Shown here in pieces: positions 10,319 to 19,806 of a stretch of DNA of 64,000 nucleotides. The position numbers and the translations under genes are program-made. Within the stretch, counting starts at the first letter, position 1. Each line of letters opens with the position of its first letter. This DNA comes from Bacteroidales bacterium UBA1797. GTDB lineage: Bacteria; Bacteroidota; Bacteroidia; Bacteroidales; VadinHA17. The DNA is taken from the NCBI GenBank assembly GCA_002319885.1, contig DCFT01000112.1, positions 2,820 to 66,819 on the forward strand, in the 5' to 3' direction. Below the pieces are notes generated by a model that worked only from the letters and a program-made list of their open reading frames with translations, was not told the DNA's origin and did not search any database.

Positions 10319-13300
10319 TTAGAAGGTAATCTGAATACCACCAATTACTGATTTTGGTATAGGATAATTACCTACGTCAATTCCATTAGCATAGTTTTGA
10401 GCTGTCGTTTGAGGAGCGCCAATTGATCCCAATGAAGTTCCGCTTGCTGTATATCTTCCAACCTCAGGATCTAAACCCGAATATTTTGTTATGCAAATCA
10501 TGTTTTGTGCACTTACATAAATTCTGAATTTAGCTATTTTGTCTCCAAATATTGCTTTAGGTAACGTATATCCCAGAGTTATGTTTTTCAATTTGGTATA
10601 GGCACCGTCTTCAACGAAACGATCAGATGCCTGAACATTGGAAGCAACTGTCCCTGCTCTTGGAATAGTGTTTGAAGGATTGGTTGGAGTCCATCTGTCT
10701 AGTACCTTGACATCGGAATTAAATAACCTGTCCATACCTACCAGATCAAAAAGATTGGTATTGTAAAGCTTATTACCGTATACTCCGCTTATAAACAAGT
10801 TCAGATCAAAGCCTTTGTATGCCATATTGAGGTCCAAACCAAGAGTCAGCTTGGGGAATGGGTTTCCGATATTGGTTCTGTCGGTTGCATCAATTTTGCC
10901 ATCCCCATTTGTGTCTTTTATACGGAAATCTCCTGCAGTTGCAGAATTGAGCGCTTTTTCCGTACCACCCATATAGCTTGCAGCTTCTTCATCTGACTGG
11001 AAGATGCCGTCGAACTTCCATCCGTAGAAGTAGAAAGCAGGTTGTCCAACCTGACATCTGTTAAGGTCTTCTCCTTCAAAAGAAAATCCGGAAATATATG
11101 TAGAACCACCCAGGGATTTGACGTTATTTTTGAAAGTACCAAGATTTAAATTAGCTGACCATTGAAAATCACCTTCAAAATCGTTGTAGCCAAACTGCAA
11201 TTCAAAACCTTTTGTATCCATAGAACCTGCATTCTTGCTGATAGTACCCGTCCAGTCTCCCGTTGAAAGTGGAAGCGGCACCTGCATCAGAAGATCACTT
11301 CCCGAGTTAATATAATATTCAGCTGACAATGTAAATTTGTTTTTAAACAAACCTAAATCCAGTCCAATGTTGGTCATGGTTTCCTGCTCCCATTTTAAAT
11401 TAGGATTTGAAGCTCCTGCCTGAGTTGTTCCAACAACAGCTGCATTTTCAATAACATAATACATGTTTGAGGTTAAGGATGAGGAATAGGCATAATCCGT
11501 TATCTTGTCATTACCGGCTTTACCCCAGCTCGCTCTTAGTTTTAAGTTGCTGATAGAGGGAACATCACTTAAAAAGGCTTCTTTTGCAATATTCCAACCC
11601 AGAGATAATGAAGGGAAAGTACCCCATCTCTTGTTAGCACCAAACCTTGACGAAGCATCTTTTCTTATTGAAGCTGAGAATAAGTACTTCCCATCATAGT
11701 TATAATTTAATCTTCCAAGGTAACTGATTCTGTAATAATCAATTGAGGCTGAACTTATTGATGCGTCAGTGTTGCTCAATTGTTCAACCTGGTTTGTAAT
11801 ATTATTGTGTGAACTGGCATTCTCAACAGTTGAGTGTGCAGCGCTGTATTCTGTCAATGCCAATAACTCAAAATTATGTTTTTCAGCAAGTATCAGGTTA
11901 TAAGTTAAATTGTTGGTAAACAGGAATGAATTATAATTTGCCTGATTTTTATAAATAGTTGCAAAAGTTGCCTGGTGAGTATTGCCTCCAAGATTATCGT
12001 CATTGTATGTAGGGTAAAATTGGTTGTTACGTATTCTCTCATCCTGAAGACCAAGATTTGTTCTGAATTTAAGGCCTTTAACAATGTCAAGTTCTCCATA
12101 GAGATTACCAAGCACGTACAGTGTGTTCTGGTTGCGTCTGTTAAGTTTCATTATTCTGACAGGGTTTTCAGCGTCCTGTCCGTCAATGGCGCTGGTTGGA
12201 CCCTGGAAGCCGCCTAAATTATCTGCATTGTATACCGGCAGATAAGGGGCCATTTTAATGGCATGCTCCAACAGCGATCGCCCGCCATCATCTGCCAAAG
12301 GATCCTGTGAGGAGTATGAAAAACTGAGGTTCTCTCCAACTTTCAGTCTACCCTTTTTAAAATCACTGTTTGCTCTGAAGTTGTATCTTTCCAGACCGGT
12401 TTTGATAACTATACCTTGTTGATTTAAATAACCGGCTGACAATCTGAATGCACTGTTATCATTACCACCTGAAAGTGCAAGGTCATAATTTTGCATAGTA
12501 CCTTTCTGGTATATCTGATCCTGCCAATTAGTTTCAGCAGCAGTAGTACGGGCAGCATATTGCGGATCTGAATAAACAGGAGGTGTTGTAAATGCCCCAC
12601 TGGTTGCATATTCTTTATATTGGGCACTGTTCAACAAATTATATCTTGCATTGGAATATTGAACTCCGTAATAGCTATCTAAATTAACTACTACATTACC
12701 GGCTTTCCCTTTCTTGGTTGTAACCATAATAACGCCATTTGATCCCAGTGAACCATATATAGCAGCTGTGGAAGCATCTTTTAATACTTCAATGGATTCA
12801 ATGTCTGATGGACTGATGTTGCTGATACTTGTTGCAACAACCCCGTCAACAACAAACAAAGGATTAGCATCGTTAACAGTACTGATACCTCTAATCCTGA
12901 TTGTAGCATCAAAACCCGGAGCTCCATTGGAAATAACCGTCACACCGGCTGCACGTCCCTGCAAAGCCTGATCAAGACCTGATGAAGGCAGTGCTGTAAG
13001 CTTATCAGCTGTTACTGATGCAATAGCACCGGTAACAGTTGCCCTCTTCTGGGTACCATAACCTACTACAACAACTTCATCCAGTCCGGTCAAAGCTGAT
13101 TCAAGAGTAACATCAATGACTGATTTACCATTAATATCTACCTCCTGGGTTGTATACCCCACAAAAGAGAATAACAGTGTTGTACTTCCTTTGGGAGCAA
13201 CAAGTATATACTTCCCATTGGAATCTGATAAAATACCGACAGAAGTTCCTTTGACAAGAACTGTTACGCCGGCCATAGCTTGGCCATCCTTGTCCTTAAT

Positions 13301-13405
13301 GACTCCAGTAATCGTTGTCTGGGCCATCAGGCTAAGATTAGCCAATAGCAATAAAAACAATAATGCACTTCGTTTAAGCATAGTTTTGGATTTTAAGTAA
13401 AACAA
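10319..13405 (-). CDS. SusC-family TonB-dependent outer-membrane receptor
   Basis: 1028-aa ORF. It has a signal peptide, a carboxypeptidase-regulatory-like N-domain (ITGVIKDKDGQAMAGVTVLVKGTSVG), a TonB-box/plug region (DEVVVVGYGTQKR...NPLFVVDGV) and a C-terminal barrel ending in ...GGIQITF. No STN signalling domain is evident. Confidence 0.9.
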   Translation of the reverse strand: MFYLKSKTMLKRSALLFLLLLANLSLMAQTTITGVIKDKDGQAMAGVTVLVKGTSVGILSDSNGKYILVAPKGSTTLLFSFVGYTTQEVDINGKSVIDVTLESALTGLDEVVVVGYGTQKRATVTGAIASVTADKLTALPSSGLDQALQGRAAGVTVISNGAPGFDATIRIRGISTVNDANPLFVVDGVVATSISNISPSDIESIEVLKDASTAAIYGSLGSNGVIMVTTKKGKAGNVVVNLDSYYGVQYSNARYNLLNSAQYKEYATSGAFTTPPVYSDPQYAARTTAAETNWQDQIYQKGTMQNYDLALSGGNDNSAFRLSAGYLNQQGIVIKTGLERYNFRANSDFKKGRLKVGENLSFSYSSQDPLADDGGRSLLEHAIKMAPYLPVYNADNLGGFQGPTSAIDGQDAENPVRIMKLNRRNQNTLYVLGNLYGELDIVKGLKFRTNLGLQDERIRNNQFYPTYNDDNLGGNTHQATFATIYKNQANYNSFLFTNNLTYNLILAEKHNFELLALTEYSAAHSTVENASSHNNITNQVEQLSNTDASISSASIDYYRISYLGRLNYNYDGKYLFSASIRKDASSRFGANKRWGTFPSLSLGWNIAKEAFLSDVPSISNLKLRASWGKAGNDKITDYAYSSSLTSNMYYVIENAAVVGTTQAGASNPNLKWEQETMTNIGLDLGLFKNKFTLSAEYYINSGSDLLMQVPLPLSTGDWTGTISKNAGSMDTKGFELQFGYNDFEGDFQWSANLNLGTFKNNVKSLGGSTYISGFSFEGEDLNRCQVGQPAFYFYGWKFDGIFQSDEEAASYMGGTEKALNSATAGDFRIKDTNGDGKIDATDRTNIGNPFPKLTLGLDLNMAYKGFDLNLFISGVYGNKLYNTNLFDLVGMDRLFNSDVKVLDRWTPTNPSNTIPRAGTVASNVQASDRFVEDGAYTKLKNITLGYTLPKAIFGDKIAKFRIYVSAQNMICITKYSGLDPEVGRYTASGTSLGSIGAPQTTAQNYANGIDVGNYPIPKSVIGGIQITF

Positions 13406-13818
13406 TAATTAGGTTTTTTTCAATAATGCAAATTTTAGGCAATGTCAGATTATATAGATTAATAGCGATATAGAATTAGTTATCGTTCCACATAAATATG
13501 TCAAACAGTGACATGAAATCATTTAGTTCAAGAATCAGGTTGATACATATCAAATTTATTTTATCGAGGATGGATGATATGTTAAATTCTAAACTATTGA
13601 TATAAAAATTAGATCATTTTTTAAGATTAAAGAGGATAACTATCAAATTTGAATCTTATGATAAAAATTAATCAATAGTGGATTTTAGATGCCGGATATA
13701 TAACCTAGCTTATTTAATTTACAGTTTCTAATCTTCTTAATTATGAGTGCTAGTCTATATTTGAATGGCGATATTTGATTATTGTCCCGGGATTCGTTAG
13801 CCTAATTAGAGCCCATGT

Positions 13819-13861
13819 CCTGACAAATTGCCGTCCGCATGAGGGTTGTCAGGCTTTTTTG
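13819..13861 (+). terminator. Orphan hairpin + T-run in the 838-bp gap upstream of susC (possible small-RNA 3' end)
   Basis: The 8-bp stem cctgacaa / ttgtcagg is followed by cttttttg on the plus strand. No plus-strand ORF lies upstream. The loop is large (19 nt), so this is weak. Confidence 0.3.
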
Positions 13862-14243
13862 CCGTCCCGATAGATGGATGCAATTTTTGTAGTCCTGATA
13901 AAACTCACCTGAGTCAGTGTAACAATAATCTCGAAGGAACTCTCATATCAAGGTGTTCTTTATAAATGCTGAGCAAAAAACGTTCCCAACTAAGCGTCGG
14001 CAGGCAACCCCGTTAAAAATAAAAGAAAATGAGTACAAAAATGTTAAATACAAAATACGACCAGTATGCTTATCCTATCCTTCGTATTGAAATCAGATTT
14101 CTTTTTCTTTGGCAGGGTTACAAAAGCTTTTCTACATCCCACCTGCAGGACAAGCGTTATTATTACAGTATTTAATTCAAAGGGTCAGATTTCTGAGATT
14201 TCTTTACCGTAAGCAGACCGCCAGATAACAGATCAAAGAATAA

Positions 14244-14855
14244 TCACACGAGTTTCTCCTCAAGAGCAATTTTAACCAAAGCGGCTGTATTTTTAGCATT
14301 CAGTTTGAAAAGAAGATTTTTACGGTAACTCTTTATGGTTTCCGCTCCGAGAAAAAGCTTATCGGCTATCTCCTGATTTGTGTATCCCTCGGTAATCAGG
14401 CGAAGAAGATCTGTTTCACGATGGGTTAGAAATACATGTTTGTCGCTTTCTTTTTTCATAAAAATATCAACCTCGTGACAAAGAAATATTTCCCCATTCA
14501 TTACTGTTTCGACACCTTTAATTATCTCCTCTGGCATAGCATTTTTAAGGACATATCCGGAGGCACCATTCGTCAACATATTATTCACATATGTAAACTC
14601 GCTGAAGCTGGTAAGAGCCAGAATTTTAACCTTAGGATAATTCGTATGAATTGTCTCACACAACACAATACCGTTTATATCAGGGAGGTTGATATCCAGA
14701 AAAATGAGATCATATTCCGAGGTGTCCATTTTTCTTGCACATTCTTTTCCGGTGGGTGCAATATCGGCATTGCTGCAAACTTTATATTCTGAAAGAAGTG
14801 ATTTAAGTCCGCCTGCAAGTACCGGATGATCATCAACAATAAGAATCTTATACAT
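14244..14855 (-). CDS. NarL/LuxR-family response regulator (REC + HTH_LuxR)
   Basis: 203-aa ORF. Receiver motifs are ILIVDDHP, DLIFLDINLPDINGI and ILALTS. The C-terminal region is LTHRETDLLRLITEGYTNQEIADKLFLGAETIKSYRKNLLFKL. Confidence 0.9.
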   Translation of the reverse strand: MYKILIVDDHPVLAGGLKSLLSEYKVCSNADIAPTGKECARKMDTSEYDLIFLDINLPDINGIVLCETIHTNYPKVKILALTSFSEFTYVNNMLTNGASGYVLKNAMPEEIIKGVETVMNGEIFLCHEVDIFMKKESDKHVFLTHRETDLLRLITEGYTNQEIADKLFLGAETIKSYRKNLLFKLNAKNTAALVKIALEEKLV

Positions 14856-14861
14856 AACCTC

Positions 14862-16781
14862 TCAACAATTAAATTCAACATCCACTTCTGTACCTTTTCC
14901 AGGTGCAGTTATAATTTCAAGTCTCCCTGCCAGGGAGGTAACCCGTGAACGAATATTTTTCAAACCATTTCCTCCTTTAGCTTCAGCAGCTTCCAAATCA
15001 AACCCCTTGCCATCATCCTCTACAATAACATGTACCCTTGTGTCGTCAACTATAAGCTGGACATTAATGCTTTTTGCCTCGGAATAACGAAGGGCGTTAT
15101 TTACCAGTTCATTAACAATCCGATAGGTTGCTATCTCTGTCTTTTCATCGGGACGCCGGTCGCTTCCAAAAAAATGATAGGTTACTTTATCGGTGCTGTG
15201 GCAAAAATCAGCAAGTGCGGTATTGAGCCCGTATTTCATAAGCGATTCGGGCATCAGATTATGGGCGACTCTGCGTAACTCCTTTATGGATGTGTCAATT
15301 AGTTCAATGGCTGAATTAAGAGAAGCTACGTTCTCTTCCGGGATGGTCAGATTTCCTTTCATTGTTGCTATTTTAAGTTTTGCCACCGAGAGCATTCCTC
15401 CAAGGCCATCATGAAGATCTCTTGACAGACGTGCTCTTTCGGTTGCTTCACCTTCCATGACTGACTGAGTGGCTGTTATTTGTTTCTCTTGTTCGAGTTC
15501 TTTTATCCTTTGAGCAGAAATAAGTTGTCGTTGTTTCAGGTTTTTATATATCGAATATCCGGTTCCTGCAACTGTTGCCAGAATTGCGAGTAGTGAAACT
15601 ATCAGTATAGTGTTTGTTTTCTTTTCGCTTTTCAGTGCAGTTATCTCAAGTTCCTTTTTTTCTGTATTATATTTAGCATCAACATCAGCTATCTTTTGAG
15701 CCCATTCTTCATTCAGGTCAGCTTCTTTCATCCTTATCTGTTCCTGGGAATAATGAATAGCTTCTTCCGGCAGATTCAACCATATGGCAGATCGTTTTAA
15801 CATATCGTATAATAGCCTCATATCAAGACGATTGGATGTGTCGGCCAATTGCAAAGCTTCTTTACCCGTATTTCGTGCATCTGTATACCGGCCCATTTCA
15901 ATAAGATAATCACCTTGCTGCCTGTAAGCTTCCATCATACCCCTGATATTATGGTTCTCCTTATAGATATTGATCGCTGTAAGGTTATATTCAAGAGCTT
16001 TTTCCTTTTTCCCGGTCATATAATAACAATATCCCACTCTTACCAAGGCTGCTGCATAGTAGTTCTTGTCAATATCTTTCAGTAAATTTAAAGCTTCATC
16101 ACCATATAATATTCCTTCATTAAAATCACTTTTATTAAGTGCAAATACTGAGAGGTTCACCAGCGAAACCGCAGTACCTCTTTTATCGTTTGTCTTCCTT
16201 TGCAAGGCCAGCGATTTCAATGTATATTCTCTTGCTTTCTCCTGGTTACCGGCGGTGTAGTAAAGCGAACCCAGGTTGCCCAGTATTTTACCCTGCATGA
16301 TCAGGTTGTTTTCCGATTCATAATATTTAAGCAGATTCGTATAGATAACCATAGCTGTGTCATACTTTGCTGTAACCCTGAATATGTTGGCAATGTTATT
16401 CAGCAGCTCTGCCTCCTTCTTTTTATCCGGGCGATCTTTAAAGCTTTCAAGAGCATCATTGAGAAAGATCAGGGAACTATCGTTTTTACCCTGACTATAA
16501 TATATGTATCCTATCCATCCGGCTGCTTCTCCTTTTTTTGAAATCTCGCCACCTTCCTCTGCAAGACGATATTGCCTTTTTGCAACTGATAAGGCAGATG
16601 GAAGATCATTAGCCAGATACAGATTATATAATTGCTGAATGATCTTAATCTGTTCGGCATAATTCGTTCTGTCAACAGAGTCCAGTATTCTCTGAAGCGA
16701 GTCGACCCTGGTTGGATTCTGCTGCGCGACAGAGTGATTAAATGTGATTAACAAAACTGGTATGACAAATAAATTTCTCAT
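14862..16781 (-). CDS. TPR-repeat sensor histidine kinase (HisKA_3/HATPase type, partner of the NarL-type regulator)
   Basis: 639-aa ORF. It has a signal peptide, a long TPR-like repeat region, a coiled coil, one TM helix (ILIVSLLAILATVAGTGY), the H-box ARLSRDLHDGLGGML and an ATPase region (DDGKGF...GNGLKNIRSR). It ends 6 nt before the regulator gene. Confidence 0.85.
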   Translation of the reverse strand: MRNLFVIPVLLITFNHSVAQQNPTRVDSLQRILDSVDRTNYAEQIKIIQQLYNLYLANDLPSALSVAKRQYRLAEEGGEISKKGEAAGWIGYIYYSQGKNDSSLIFLNDALESFKDRPDKKKEAELLNNIANIFRVTAKYDTAMVIYTNLLKYYESENNLIMQGKILGNLGSLYYTAGNQEKAREYTLKSLALQRKTNDKRGTAVSLVNLSVFALNKSDFNEGILYGDEALNLLKDIDKNYYAAALVRVGYCYYMTGKKEKALEYNLTAINIYKENHNIRGMMEAYRQQGDYLIEMGRYTDARNTGKEALQLADTSNRLDMRLLYDMLKRSAIWLNLPEEAIHYSQEQIRMKEADLNEEWAQKIADVDAKYNTEKKELEITALKSEKKTNTILIVSLLAILATVAGTGYSIYKNLKQRQLISAQRIKELEQEKQITATQSVMEGEATERARLSRDLHDGLGGMLSVAKLKIATMKGNLTIPEENVASLNSAIELIDTSIKELRRVAHNLMPESLMKYGLNTALADFCHSTDKVTYHFFGSDRRPDEKTEIATYRIVNELVNNALRYSEAKSINVQLIVDDTRVHVIVEDDGKGFDLEAAEAKGGNGLKNIRSRVTSLAGRLEIITAPGKGTEVDVEFNC

Positions 16782-16825
16782 ATAAAAATGTATTACAAAT
16801 TTCTAAAAGCTTTTTTTCTGAAAAA

Positions 16826-16841
16826 ACCCCCTTTTGGGGGT
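16826..16841. repeat. C5/G5 hairpin motif ACCCCC-TTTT-GGGGGT in a divergent promoter region
   Basis: Read directly from the sequence. It resembles the motifs at 42852, 42911 and 56093. Confidence 0.4.
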
Positions 16842-16917
16842 AAAACAGCTTCGGGAGTACAAATAATTTTGTCGTATATCAAACTTAATATTATCAAACA
16901 ATAAAAAAGTACTAATT

Positions 16918-17475
16918 ATGAAAAAAAATCTGATTTCCGTTATCTTGTTTATTAGTTTAACTACAGGAGCCATAGCTCAAAACACATTTGTAAAAGGGGA
17001 TAAAATCCTTAACCTTGGAATTGGTTTAGGCAGTGTTTTATATTCGGGAGGATCATATACAAGTAAAACTCCTCCATTATCAGCATCATTTGAGATAGGT
17101 GTTAAGGACAAACTCTTTGATGATAAAAGCTCACTTGGAATTGGAGGGTATCTTGGTTACACCGGCGCAAAATGGGAATATGACAACTGGGGATATAAAT
17201 ATTCAAACATCATTTTAGGTGTAAGAGGAGTACTGCATTATCAACTGGTTGATAAACTCGATACTTACACAGGTTTACTGCTTGGCTATAATATTGTTAC
17301 TGCCAAGGAATTTGGTACAGCCATTTATGGATATAATTACAGCGCCTCTTCCAGTGGTCTTGCGTATTCATGGTTTGTCGGCGGAAGGTATTACTTCAGT
17401 GATAAATTTGCCGGCATGCTTGAACTTGGATATGGCATCTCTTATCTTAATCTTGGCGTAGCTTTAAAATTCTAA
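16918..17475 (+). CDS. Small outer-membrane beta-barrel protein (porin-family-like)
   Basis: 185-aa ORF with a signal peptide (ISLTTGAIAQN). The sequence is Gly/Tyr-rich with an alternating pattern and ends in ...LGVALKF (aromatic terminal residue). Confidence 0.6.
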   Translation: MKKNLISVILFISLTTGAIAQNTFVKGDKILNLGIGLGSVLYSGGSYTSKTPPLSASFEIGVKDKLFDDKSSLGIGGYLGYTGAKWEYDNWGYKYSNIILGVRGVLHYQLVDKLDTYTGLLLGYNIVTAKEFGTAIYGYNYSASSSGLAYSWFVGGRYYFSDKFAGMLELGYGISYLNLGVALKF

Positions 17476-17614
17476 GATCTTAAACCTCACTCCGATAATC
17501 AATTATAATATATGAGTATCTGTAATTATGTATATTAATCCATTGAATTCCCTGCGTTTTTGGATTTAATATACATGATTACCGATAGTCAGTTAAAATA
17601 ATAAAATCATATGT

Positions 17615-18322
17615 ATGAATTGCATAATAGTTGATGATGATATATTAACTTGTAGAATCCTGGAGGAATATGTGATGAAATCCACTTCGCTTAACCTGAT
17701 AAGTATTTTCAGCGAACCGAAAGCAGCAAGAGATATGTTAACTAAACGACAGGATATTGATCTTGCCATTCTCAATATCCCGATGCCTTATCTGGATGAT
17801 TTTGAGTTTATTAGTAGCCTAGATTCTAAACCTAAAATAATAATAGTATCATCAACTGAGGAATTTGCACTGAAAGCGTTCGACTTCAACATTGTCGATT
17901 ACCTGTTAAAACCTGTCACATATGGACGTTTCTGCAAAGCCATTGACAAAACAATCAGGTACTTTTCACGTAAAGAGGGTACAAACAACGGCAGTGAAGA
18001 AATATTCATCAAAGAAGGAACAACACTGGTTAAGCTCAAACTCACAGATATTATATATATCGAATCTTTAGAAAATTATATTACACTTAATACCAGGAAC
18101 AAAAAATTTACTATTCATTTTACAATGAAAGCCATTGAGAACCAACTTCCATCACATATATTTGTAAGGGTACACAGATCTTTCATAATAAACAAGAATA
18201 TGATACTCGCTATAAATGAGAATACTCTGGATATTCAAACAGGAGATTCTGTTAAAAAAATTCCAGTCGGGAAATCATTCAGGAACTACCTTTTGAATTA
18301 CATTAATGTGATGGCGAGATAA
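17615..18322 (+). CDS. LytTR-family response regulator with atypical receiver (Asn at the phospho-acceptor position)
   Basis: 235-aa ORF. Receiver motifs are IIVDDD, IIIVSS and DYLLKP, but the expected ...LDIxMP is IDLAILNIPMP (N54, codon aat at 17774-17776). The LytTR domain reads FVRVHRSFIINKNMI. Confidence 0.85.
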   Translation: MNCIIVDDDILTCRILEEYVMKSTSLNLISIFSEPKAARDMLTKRQDIDLAILNIPMPYLDDFEFISSLDSKPKIIIVSSTEEFALKAFDFNIVDYLLKPVTYGRFCKAIDKTIRYFSRKEGTNNGSEEIFIKEGTTLVKLKLTDIIYIESLENYITLNTRNKKFTIHFTMKAIENQLPSHIFVRVHRSFIINKNMILAINENTLDIQTGDSVKKIPVGKSFRNYLLNYINVMAR

Positions 18323-18365
18323 TTGCATGAAATAGTCTTCTACTCACAAATTGCTACATAAAAAA

Positions 18366-18866
18366 TTATTCCTGCTCCTGTATTAAGTTCAATTTTTGTT
18401 CAGTCTCTATAAATACTAATCTGTCTTTAACAAGTTCACCCTTGTTATCTCTTCCGTAAAGCTTTATACAAATATTTGGTATGGCACCATAAAAAATATT
18501 AGTTATGGGAGAAAATGCGTCATTAATATCCTCAAATTCATTTATTTCATCATATTCCTCAATATTAAAATAGAGGTGCAAAATAACAATATAATCAGGT
18601 TTGTCAATCCTGACCAGGACATTAAGTATCTTTGCGAGCCATATTGATGATGCAGTATTGAAATATTCCAGATCGAACCTCAAATTGGTAGTTGGCCTTG
18701 CATTTAATATATACTCTGTAACCCAATTCATTACCGGCTCATATAATTTACCGGCATTTTCAGGAATTGATCTGCCTGACAAAATAAGCTCCCCTGTTAA
18801 ATGATCCAGATTTACTTCAGGCGTGTTAGGAGTCTGTTCAATTATTAATCTTTGAATTTTATTCAT
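18366..18866 (-). CDS. DUF1987 / SiaC-like regulatory protein
   Basis: 166-aa ORF. TPNTPEVNLDHLTGELILSGRSIPENAGKLYEPVMNWV...LRFDLEYFNTASSIWLAKIL matches my recollection of the DUF1987 pattern (tP.v.fd...G.l.i.G.S.PEn ... YFNTSS). Confidence 0.7.
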   Translation of the reverse strand: MNKIQRLIIEQTPNTPEVNLDHLTGELILSGRSIPENAGKLYEPVMNWVTEYILNARPTTNLRFDLEYFNTASSIWLAKILNVLVRIDKPDYIVILHLYFNIEEYDEINEFEDINDAFSPITNIFYGAIPNICIKLYGRDNKGELVKDRLVFIETEQKLNLIQEQE

Positions 18867-19296
18867 TTTACTTTATGATAGAAGTTTATTAAATATGCCA
18901 GACCAGTTTTAATTTTAGATTAATAATCAAATTTATTACATGTTTTTATAAGTTTAAAAATCCTCATCAATTACTTATGATCAATCATCAATAAAATCGT
19001 CTGTTCATCAATTTATTTCTCGATTTATCTCCAAGAAACGATTAATTTTTCTTTTTACCCGATTTTTTTGCCTCACTGATTTTGTAACAAATAATCTGGA
19101 AAACTCAAAATAATAAATCACTTTATAACCTGATGAACTCAAAAATCAAAGATCTTTATTCTGCTCTTACAAATTTTTCAATAATTATTATAGATAATTT
19201 ATAACCTTGTCGCAAATTGCGGTAAGTTTAATTTTTATCCTGTCTTCAAAACTCAGGGATTTTGGATACAAAGAAAAGTATAAGCTGCTAACAATC

Positions 19297-19806
19297 TTAT
19301 TGAAAACATTGCAGGGTTCTTATAAAATAGTCCTGTTTATCAATTACGAAATCATCATAACTGTTATTATAATAAACCCTGATTTTATTGATCGCATGGC
19401 GTTTCAGAAAATCAATACTTTCTTTTGTCATTTTTGAATAATCAATCAATTTTTCTCCTTCGTTTCTACAGATTATTTGTCCTGAGAGTGGTAGGGTAAT
19501 GAAATCATTACCCGACTTTAAAGATATTTTGCTTTCCTTCCCAAAACAACTCTTATAACCAGGTTTCAGGAGAATGAAAAGAGCCATTGAGGTATCTCGG
19601 TATGTAATATTCTGTTCAATCTTCACTTTTAAATTACCCGGTATACTGGATACATTCTCGTAATAAGCTGAACGAGTAACAAGATCATCACAAGGGTCAT
19701 TAGTTGTTTTTAAATTGCACTGTGCCTGAACTGAAAGAGAATACATAAAAATTAAAAGGAAAATGATTATTGATTTTATTTTAAAAAGCATACTTGCTAC
19801 TGACAT
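19297..19806 (-). CDS. Hypothetical secreted protein
   Basis: The ORF track gives 19297-19941. A signal peptide (MLFKIKSIIIFLLIFMYSLSVQAQC) begins only after internal Met46/Met51 (ATG at 19806 or 19791), so a shorter start is more plausible. I recognise no family. Confidence 0.45.
   Translation of the reverse strand: MSVASMLFKIKSIIIFLLIFMYSLSVQAQCNLKTTNDPCDDLVTRSAYYENVSSIPGNLKVKIEQNITYRDTSMALFILLKPGYKSCFGKESKISLKSGNDFITLPLSGQIICRNEGEKLIDYSKMTKESIDFLKRHAINKIRVYYNNSYDDFVIDKQDYFIRTLQCFQ

Noticed and set aside
14029-14178. 49-codon ORF (MSTKMLNTKYDQYAYPILRIEIRF...) in the long gap upstream of susC.
   Set aside because: It has no recognisable features, lies in AT-rich sequence where such ORFs arise by chance, and has no supporting signal. 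It cannot be supported from sequence alone.
14436-14792. 118-aa plus-strand ORF inside the NarL-type regulator gene. Similar antisense or shadow ORFs occur elsewhere, for example 21020-21460, 22478-22819, 28700-29107, 32443-32859, 33291-33647, 33922-34338, 16200-16541, 55217-55567 and 57704-58033.
   Set aside because: Each lies wholly within a longer opposite-strand gene that has clear family motifs. Their translations are low-complexity or hydrophobic with no recognisable domains, which is typical of shadow ORFs.
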